From Candidatus Woesebacteria bacterium (lineage in GTDB: Bacteria; Patescibacteriota; Microgenomatia; UBA1400; UBA12028): DNA of 64,000 nucleotides. Below are positions 58,154 through 64,000 of this stretch, in pieces (the first letter of the stretch is position 1; each line of letters starts with the position of its first letter). The DNA lies in NCBI GenBank assembly GCA_040006915.1, contig JBDTWD010000004.1, forward strand, positions 1,033 to 65,032, in the 5' to 3' direction. The notes beneath the pieces are model-generated. The model did no database searches. It saw nothing but the letters and a program-made list of their open reading frames with translations, and was not told the origin of the DNA. Made by a program: the position numbers and the translations under genes.

Positions 58154-58756
58154 ATGCAATTTAGTTTACCACCTCTTCCGTTTGATTATGCAGCGCTTGA
58201 GCCACATATAGACACACAGACCATGCAGTTGCACCATGACAAGCACCATCAAACCTATGTAGATAAACTAAACACGGCTCTAGCAATTCATCCAGAACTG
58301 ACAGTTACCACCATTGAGGCACTCCTAGGTACCATTGAAACGGTCCCAGAAGATATTCGTCCGATGGTACGAAATCATGGTGGTGGACACAGCAATCACA
58401 GCATCTTTTGGACTCTACTCTCCCCTACCAAACAAGAACCCACTGCCACCGTTAAGGCCGAGATAGAGAAAGCCTTTACTTCTTGGCAAAGCTTTGTTGA
58501 GAAATTCAATTTAGCTGCAACTGCTCAATTCGGCTCTGGTTGGACGTGGCTGGTTAAAACAAAAGAAGGAAAACTGGAAATTAAATCCTATCCAAACCAA
58601 GATTCACCGTATATGGAAGGGGCACTGCCGCTCTTTGGCATTGATATCTGGGAGCATGCATACTATTTGAAATATCAAAACAAGCGCCCAGAATATATCG
58701 CAGCCTTTTGGAACATCATTAATTGGGCAGAGGTTGAGAAGCGCTGGAACATGTGA
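58154..58756 (+). CDS. sodA: Superoxide dismutase, Mn-type (Fe/Mn SOD family)
   Basis: …FSLPPLPFDYAALEPHIDTQTMQLHHDKHHQTYV…NHGGGHSNHSIFW…NQDSP…GIDIWEHAYYLKYQNKRPEYI…. The GGGHxNHSxFW and NQD blocks are Mn-SOD-like rather than Fe-SOD-like (AAQ…NHTFYW). Start at the internal ATG with an SD; the ORF extends to 58079. Confidence 0.88.
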   Translation: MQFSLPPLPFDYAALEPHIDTQTMQLHHDKHHQTYVDKLNTALAIHPELTVTTIEALLGTIETVPEDIRPMVRNHGGGHSNHSIFWTLLSPTKQEPTATVKAEIEKAFTSWQSFVEKFNLAATAQFGSGWTWLVKTKEGKLEIKSYPNQDSPYMEGALPLFGIDIWEHAYYLKYQNKRPEYIAAFWNIINWAEVEKRWNM

Positions 58757-58775
58757 GTTTTGATATAATACCCGA

Positions 58776-59429
58776 ATGTTTGAAAGAGAAATTGTAAAAA
58801 GACTCGATGCCATTACCCAGCTTCTTCAGGAAAAGAACTTTAATAAGAGCAAAGATTTAATCAACCAAACTCTTAGTATTCTTGAGTTCTTGCCTTCAAA
58901 GATTCATTTTGATCCTATAGTTTCAGCCTACCTTTCACTTATCCGTCTTGTTATTAATCAGTATGCGGAAAGCTTAGATCAAACGCCACCAGAAAGAAAT
59001 ATCGTGCAGTTTCTTTTGAGAGAAAGTAATCTCATTACACAGGAAGATGTTCCTCAGTCAGAATTTTTCTCTCATATTCCGATATTTTTTGAACATATCT
59101 TGACCTATATAGAGAGAGAATCTGATCAAGTTCAACTTGGATCCAGTATCTACTATCCCGATAAACGAATAATCGTTCTCCGTGATGGGAAAGTCATTAA
59201 ACTGCCACAGAAACAAAATAGGCTTTTTCAAATGCTGGTGGAGAAGAATGGCTACTATCTCACATATGCTGAAATTTTAGAGACTGATACCCCGTTGTTC
59301 CCTACTGAGAATGTACTGCATGCGACACTCGCTCATCTTCGAAGTCACATAATGGGTATCGTATCAGAAGTCACCATTCGCACAGAATATGGATTAGGTT
59401 TGATTCTAGAAATAAAAAAGAAGAAATAA
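58776..59429 (+). CDS. Stand-alone OmpR/PhoB-type winged-helix (trans_reg_C) DNA-binding protein, no receiver domain
   Basis: C-terminal …IIVLRDGKVIKLPQKQNRLFQMLVEKNGYYLTYAEILE…VLHATLAHLRSHIMG…IRTEYGLGLILE fits the OmpR winged-helix pattern (LTxKEFxLLxxL…vdvhIxxLRKKl…IxTVRGxGYxl). The N-terminal 120 aa is helical and not a CheY-like receiver. Confidence 0.55.
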   Translation: MFEREIVKRLDAITQLLQEKNFNKSKDLINQTLSILEFLPSKIHFDPIVSAYLSLIRLVINQYAESLDQTPPERNIVQFLLRESNLITQEDVPQSEFFSHIPIFFEHILTYIERESDQVQLGSSIYYPDKRIIVLRDGKVIKLPQKQNRLFQMLVEKNGYYLTYAEILETDTPLFPTENVLHATLAHLRSHIMGIVSEVTIRTEYGLGLILEIKKKK

Positions 59430-59432
59430 TTT

Positions 59433-60056
59433 TTATCCATACGTTTGAGTGACGAGAGTCATTTTTTCACCATCAACGGAAAGGTATGTCGCGATCCCGT
59501 AATCAATCATTCCGGTATTAATGTATCCTTGTTTTCGGCTATTTTCAGCAATATGGGAATGCCCACAGACAAGGATTTGATTACTCGTTAGATGTGACTG
59601 AGCATATTTCTTCATCTGCATATTTTCCCAACCCCGCAGCTTATTTCCAAATTGAAACCGACGACTCGAAAAAAATAAACTCAAAATATAGGAGATTTTC
59701 GGATATGAAATATCAAAGCTTGGAGCGATCTTATGTCCATGTTCAATGACTAATTCTTTTTTCCCTACTTGAATGGTATAGCGATCATACTGTGCTCTGG
59801 AAAAGAGTTCGGGATGAGTCGTCCATTCGGGTCGATCATGGTTTCCATAAATATAAATGGTTTTCTCCCGCATATAGGGGAATAATCCCCTCCAATCAGA
59901 CTTAGCGAATCGTGCAAACGTGACTTCATATCCATCCCAAAAGTCACCGTTCATGATGATTCGATCATAATGACGAAAAAGATCTTTTAAAAAATCAAAT
60001 TTTACGGAATCAAAATGAGTCGTCAGATGTGTGTCTGAAAAAATCAGCGTCTTCAT
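59433..60056 (-). CDS. Calcineurin-like metallophosphoesterase
   Basis: MKTLIFSDTHL…MNGDFWD…IYGNHD…GHSHI gives the MPE motifs (DxH, GDxxD, GNH[DE], GH.H). Start at MKTLIF (60056); the ORF extends to 60089. Confidence 0.7.
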   Translation of the reverse strand: MKTLIFSDTHLTTHFDSVKFDFLKDLFRHYDRIIMNGDFWDGYEVTFARFAKSDWRGLFPYMREKTIYIYGNHDRPEWTTHPELFSRAQYDRYTIQVGKKELVIEHGHKIAPSFDISYPKISYILSLFFSSRRFQFGNKLRGWENMQMKKYAQSHLTSNQILVCGHSHIAENSRKQGYINTGMIDYGIATYLSVDGEKMTLVTQTYG

Positions 60057-60979
60057 ACTATACCTACGATCGTCAACAAGGCCTGCCAAAATCCTAATAA
60101 AAAAGCACCGCTAGAGCGGATGGTTGTGAAAATTAAATGATAAGGTAACCAAAAGACATGTTTTACTAGTTCTGACGTTGAAGCATTCTTCCACATAAAT
60201 AGAATTTGGTTTTTGTACGCCATCACTTCCATGTTGCGCTTCCCGAAAACGCTTCCATTTGTCGATTCATGGTTATGATGCACAACTGCGGTGGGCTCAA
60301 ATAAAACTTGCCAACCTTTCTTTCGCGCTCGAAACGATAAATCAATATCTTCCCAGTACGCAGGTTTGTAATCGACATCAAATCCACCCAACTCTATCCA
60401 CCCAGACCTGCGAAACGCTCCACTCCCTCCGGACACCCAAGCAGTTTCTGGCTGATTCTGGTTATCAGCCCGTTTATGAATGTAAAAGCCTCTCTCAAAC
60501 CACCCCTCTGCCCGTCCATACTCTTTATTTCCCTCACTTGAAGCGAGCTCCTTACAACCAACAGCAAAGACAAGACTTTCATTAAAATGAGGCAACAATA
60601 CATCGAGAATATTTTTCTCCGGCGCGACATCATTATTGAGTAAGATAATGATCTCGTTATGCGCTTCAGCTACCCCACGATTACAGGATGCAGCAAAGCG
60701 CTGATTCTGTGCATTTACAATCAAAAATACATCGCCAACATTCGATTTTCCTTTGAAGCACAACCTGTCTTTCGGCTGGATTCCAGTCGATTGATCGGGG
60801 AGGCATTCATCTTGAGCGAGATGAAAGTACTCAGTGAGAAACTTTACACTCTCATCCGTACTGGCATCGTCAACAATAATCAGTTCATCACCAGAATGTA
60901 TGGCTTCAAGCACGCTAGGGAGATTTTTTTCAAGCAGTGACTTGCCGTTATAGGTGGGAATGACAACTGAAACATGCAT
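60053..60979 (-). CDS. GT2 glycosyltransferase (RfbF-like)
   Basis: MHVSVVIPTYNGKSLLEKNL…IIVDDASTDESV…ILLNNDVAPE…GSGAFRR…AYWEDIDLSFRA. Confidence 0.82.
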   Translation of the reverse strand: MHVSVVIPTYNGKSLLEKNLPSVLEAIHSGDELIIVDDASTDESVKFLTEYFHLAQDECLPDQSTGIQPKDRLCFKGKSNVGDVFLIVNAQNQRFAASCNRGVAEAHNEIIILLNNDVAPEKNILDVLLPHFNESLVFAVGCKELASSEGNKEYGRAEGWFERGFYIHKRADNQNQPETAWVSGGSGAFRRSGWIELGGFDVDYKPAYWEDIDLSFRARKKGWQVLFEPTAVVHHNHESTNGSVFGKRNMEVMAYKNQILFMWKNASTSELVKHVFWLPYHLIFTTIRSSGAFLLGFWQALLTIVGIV

Positions 60980-60989
60980 AGTGTGCGTA

Positions 60990-62087
60990 TTATCCTACTA
61001 TATTTCTAATGATACGCTCGAAATTTACTTTTGAATAATTTTCAGCTTTCTCTCGTAGCTCTTCACGAAGGAGTTGTATTCCAGTCTCATCATTTTTAAC
61101 GTCAGTAATCATTCGATACGTTTTTTCGACCAACTCTTCCACATTTGTCCAAAAGAAACGAGTGTCATTAACTACCTCTCTTTGTCCACCTAAGGGTACA
61201 ACAAAGGGAATCGCTCCACTTGCCATCGCTTCTAATGTCGTGATTCCAAAGTGTTCTGTATTTTCCGGATGATCAATCTCATTGACCTCAAATCCCGCCG
61301 CATGCCAATAGAAACTTGCGCGTACACAATACGCTCTAACCTCGTCGTATGAGATATTCGTGGCAAATACCACTCGATATCCTTTCGCCTGTTTTTTTAA
61401 CGTCTCCAAAAATTCATGACTTTCCACATTTCCCACCAAAACCAAGGTCCACGTTTTCACATGATGTGTATCAACCAGTTCTTTAAAGGCATCAATCAAA
61501 ACATCTTGTCGTTTGCTGTTGCTTTGCTCATGGGCAAAAAATCGTCCAATGGACAAGATAATTTTCTCTTTGCTCGTATGTGCAGGGAAAGAAAAATCTT
61601 TGGTATCAACATACGGTGAGAGAACGGCAATTCGACTCGTTTTCCATGACCTTTTTAAAACTGAGGCAACAAACTCAGAATATACAAATATTTTCGACCA
61701 AGTTCGTAATTTTACTGTTTCAAGAACTGACAGTTTTCTTGTCCATGGAACTTGCACAATAAAATACGAATGCTTTGCAAAGGAGGCAAAGATGCTTCCA
61801 TCTGTCATTGCAAACAAGACATCGTATAGTCTGGTTTCTTGTGCAAGTTGGATGGGATTTTTTCCGTTTCCAATAGAAGTAGCTTTGACTTCAATTTTTG
61901 AAAGATCTAAGCCAAAAGCACTTGTATACTTTAAAAGACTTTCCTGAGTCTGTTTCACTTGCGCGGCAGGGACGAGTAAAAAAGTTTTATGAGTCTTACT
62001 TGTCGCTTCGGCAATCGAAAGGAGGTACCGTTCTCCTCCCCCAAAGTGCTTTGGAATATACGGGGAGTAAAGAGCAACAGTTTTCAT
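60990..62087 (-). CDS. GT4 glycosyltransferase
   Basis: MKTVALYSPYIPKHFGGGERYLL… and …EHFGITTLEAMASGAIPFVVPLGG…. Paralogue of the gene at 21933..23462. Confidence 0.8.
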   Translation of the reverse strand: MKTVALYSPYIPKHFGGGERYLLSIAEATSKTHKTFLLVPAAQVKQTQESLLKYTSAFGLDLSKIEVKATSIGNGKNPIQLAQETRLYDVLFAMTDGSIFASFAKHSYFIVQVPWTRKLSVLETVKLRTWSKIFVYSEFVASVLKRSWKTSRIAVLSPYVDTKDFSFPAHTSKEKIILSIGRFFAHEQSNSKRQDVLIDAFKELVDTHHVKTWTLVLVGNVESHEFLETLKKQAKGYRVVFATNISYDEVRAYCVRASFYWHAAGFEVNEIDHPENTEHFGITTLEAMASGAIPFVVPLGGQREVVNDTRFFWTNVEELVEKTYRMITDVKNDETGIQLLREELREKAENYSKVNFERIIRNIVG

Positions 62088-62093
62088 ACGATG

Positions 62094-62942
62094 TCAGGTA
62101 TTATTTTTCTTCCCCCATTGCTTCACGATCTCTTTTTCAATGAGTTGATAGCGTTCATCTAATGACGGTTTTTGTTGTAATTCCCACAAACGCTCGTAGA
62201 CAAAGAAGCGATTGATGGCTTGTTGAAAAGATTCAATCCATCCTTCCATTCCATCTTTATAACCTTTCTTCGCGATCAGCCGTCTGAAGCATTCCATTCC
62301 AAACTTACGAAGCAAAGTAAACGGTTGTACAGGTTTCGCTCCTGCTTCAAAAAGCAGTTGAGCTTCGGTGTCTGTCCAGGTATATGACTTAACTAATCCA
62401 TCGCGGATGTTTCTATGTGTTAGGTGAACCAGTGGTTCTTTAAGTTCACCTAAAATACCATCAATTTCTGCATGCTCATGCACTTTCCCTTCCCAACCAC
62501 GTAAGTGAGATCGTTTAAAAAGTCTGACAATTCGATCCTGTTCCCAACCACCAAACTGCATCCATCGTCCGAAATGAATATTATTACGTCTCAGTGCAAA
62601 AGCAGCGTTGGAAGTAAACTGAATAGTATCTTCTATTTCTTGAGCTAGTTTAGGTGTCACGCGCTCATCAGCATCAATATATAAAAGCCAATCTGAGGTG
62701 CTTTCTTTAGCTCCTCGATTGCGCCAATCTTGAAATGATCCACTAGATACTTCGACAATTTTCGCACCTTCTCTGGCTGCAATTCCGAGGGAATTATCAG
62801 TTGAGCCTGAATCAACCACCACTATCTCATCTGCAAACTGAACAGAAGCAAGACAGTTTGCAATCATGCTTTCCTCGTCTTTGGAAATGATTATGACGCT
62901 AATGCTTTTTCTACTGGTATTTTTGTTGTTTGATTCCCCCAT
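62094..62942 (-). CDS. GT2 glycosyltransferase (WaaE/KdtX-like)
   Basis: ISVIIISKDEESMIANCLASVQFADEIVVVDSGSTDNS…YIDADERV…RIVRLFKR…VHEHAEI. Confidence 0.82.
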   Translation of the reverse strand: MGESNNKNTSRKSISVIIISKDEESMIANCLASVQFADEIVVVDSGSTDNSLGIAAREGAKIVEVSSGSFQDWRNRGAKESTSDWLLYIDADERVTPKLAQEIEDTIQFTSNAAFALRRNNIHFGRWMQFGGWEQDRIVRLFKRSHLRGWEGKVHEHAEIDGILGELKEPLVHLTHRNIRDGLVKSYTWTDTEAQLLFEAGAKPVQPFTLLRKFGMECFRRLIAKKGYKDGMEGWIESFQQAINRFFVYERLWELQQKPSLDERYQLIEKEIVKQWGKKNNT

Positions 62943-63823
62943 TGTCCTCCTAGTGCATGGAGTATACCAAGCTTGACCGCCCCATTACCAGTGATGAAGA
63001 GTCTTCTTGCCTCATTCAGGAGAGCAAGCTTGGTTCGTCTCGGGGAATATCGCAAGCCGAAGCGAAGACGATTACGGGTTTGATAGTACTGGTGAACCTG
63101 TGAGCCACTGCCATCTGAAGATCCCGCGTTCTGATGATACAAAATCGCTCTGGGCGCAAAACGTATTTTCTTATGCAGTTTTTTTCTCAGTCGCATCGAA
63201 AGATCGGCATCTTCATAATACAAAAAATACTTGGGATCAAAACCTTTCAGCGTCTTCCAAATAGCTGGAGTTGTCAGAAAACAGCAGCCCGTTGCAAATT
63301 GTTCTTCCTCTCCGGCTTTCTCAAATTGTCCGCGATCAACTTCATCCACCCCTTTATGAAACAAAATCATATTTTGCCAATCGATTCCTCCTCCTGCATA
63401 CCAAATCACTCGCCCTCTCTGACTGTTTGAATATTCCTTGGCATAGAATTCGTATTCTTTTTCAAAATAGATTTTAGGGACAACAAGACCACTATCAGGA
63501 TCAGAATTAAAAGAGGAAATCAGCTCCGAGACCATGGCTTTTCCTACACGCGTATCATTGTTTATAAAGAGTAAGTAGTCAACCGATCCATTCACGTGCG
63601 TTACTGCTACATTATTCCCTTGCGCAAATCCAAGGTTCTTTTTTGAGTGAACTAGATCACAATCTTTGAACTCATCTTTCTTTGGAGGAATCTTTGAATC
63701 ATTGTCAAAAACAATAATCTGATACTCATCGTCTTTATCTTTTTGCGCTAAAAGCGAATGCACACATTTTTTTGTCAAACGTGTGGAATTATAGTTTAAA
63801 AGTATGATAGCTATCGAAGACAT
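62891..63823 (-). CDS. GT2 glycosyltransferase (RfbF/WbbL-like)
   Basis: MSSIAIILLNYNSTRLTKKCVHSL…IIVFDNDS…LFINNDTRV…TGCCFLTTPAIWKTLKGFDPKYFLYYEDADLSMRL. Confidence 0.82.
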   Translation of the reverse strand: MSSIAIILLNYNSTRLTKKCVHSLLAQKDKDDEYQIIVFDNDSKIPPKKDEFKDCDLVHSKKNLGFAQGNNVAVTHVNGSVDYLLFINNDTRVGKAMVSELISSFNSDPDSGLVVPKIYFEKEYEFYAKEYSNSQRGRVIWYAGGGIDWQNMILFHKGVDEVDRGQFEKAGEEEQFATGCCFLTTPAIWKTLKGFDPKYFLYYEDADLSMRLRKKLHKKIRFAPRAILYHQNAGSSDGSGSQVHQYYQTRNRLRFGLRYSPRRTKLALLNEARRLFITGNGAVKLGILHALGGQWGNQTTKIPVEKALAS

Positions 63824-63825
63824 AC

Positions 63826-64000
63826 TAACTATTTAGCTTTCGTTTAATTTTGTATCCGATTCTCTTTAAAGTATTTTTCTCTGTTTTAATTCTTTCATTC
63901 GCCGACCAATACATGGCATCCGAACAGGCGTCATTAATAGTTGCCTCTACGTCATCAAGAGACACTTTCATCTCATTTTTGGTTTTTTCCCATAGCTTTA
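63826..64000 (-). CDS. Partial CDS (C-terminal 57 codons; the gene continues past the window edge), hypothetical
   Basis: Open frame on the minus strand from the window edge to TAG at 63826 (…EMKVSLDDVEATINDACSDAMYWSANERIKTEKNTLKRIGYKIKRKLNS*). Function unknown. Confidence 0.25.

Noticed and set aside
1-64000. CRISPR arrays, tRNA/rRNA genes, transposases and integrases.
   Set aside because: No direct-repeat/spacer periodicity was seen. No intergenic region is long enough or shows tRNA-like cloverleaf sequence. None of the ORF translations resembles a transposase (DDE), a tyrosine or serine recombinase, or Cas proteins.

Overview
This 64 kb window has low GC (about 40%) and tightly packed, often overlapping genes. 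Nearly all of it is glycan biosynthesis. About 45 of roughly 60 genes are glycosyltransferases (GT2, GT4, and at least 12 large polytopic GT-C-type membrane enzymes), sugar-nucleotide enzymes, sugar-modifying enzymes or glycan exporters. The sugar-nucleotide enzymes are a UDP-xylose synthase, a GDP-fucose synthase, a fused UDP-GlcNAc 2-epimerase/UDP-ManNAc dehydrogenase, and three further SDR epimerase/reductases. The modifying enzymes are three intact SAM/FkbM methyltransferases, one broken methyltransferase, a hexapeptide acetyltransferase and an acyltransferase-3 protein. Both an ABC (Wzm/Wzt) exporter and a Wzx-type flippase plus a Wzy_C-like protein are present. Housekeeping genes sit inside the island: ruvC, ruvA and ruvB (split by an inserted membrane-protein gene and two small antisense ORFs), an Mn-type superoxide dismutase, a stand-alone OmpR-type winged-helix regulator and a metallophosphoesterase. 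I saw no rRNA, tRNA, CRISPR array, transposase or integrase. The most unusual points are listed here. One is the very high density of GT-C membrane glycosyltransferases, spanning PMT/ArnT-like, PIG-V(GT76)-like and YfhO-like classes. A second is a WecB-WecC fusion. A third is a terpenoid-cyclase/prenyltransferase-like QW-repeat toroid protein embedded among methyltransferases. A fourth is a CsbB/YfhO-like divergent pair. A fifth is a tandem trio of PMT-like paralogues, which suggests an expanded lipid-linked-sugar (protein O-mannosylation-like) glycosylation system. The low GC, the compaction and the GT-C expansion are compatible with a Candidate Phyla Radiation (Patescibacteria)-type genome, but that is only an inference. 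Every family assignment rests on motifs I read in the translated ORFs; none was checked by BLAST or HMM search.
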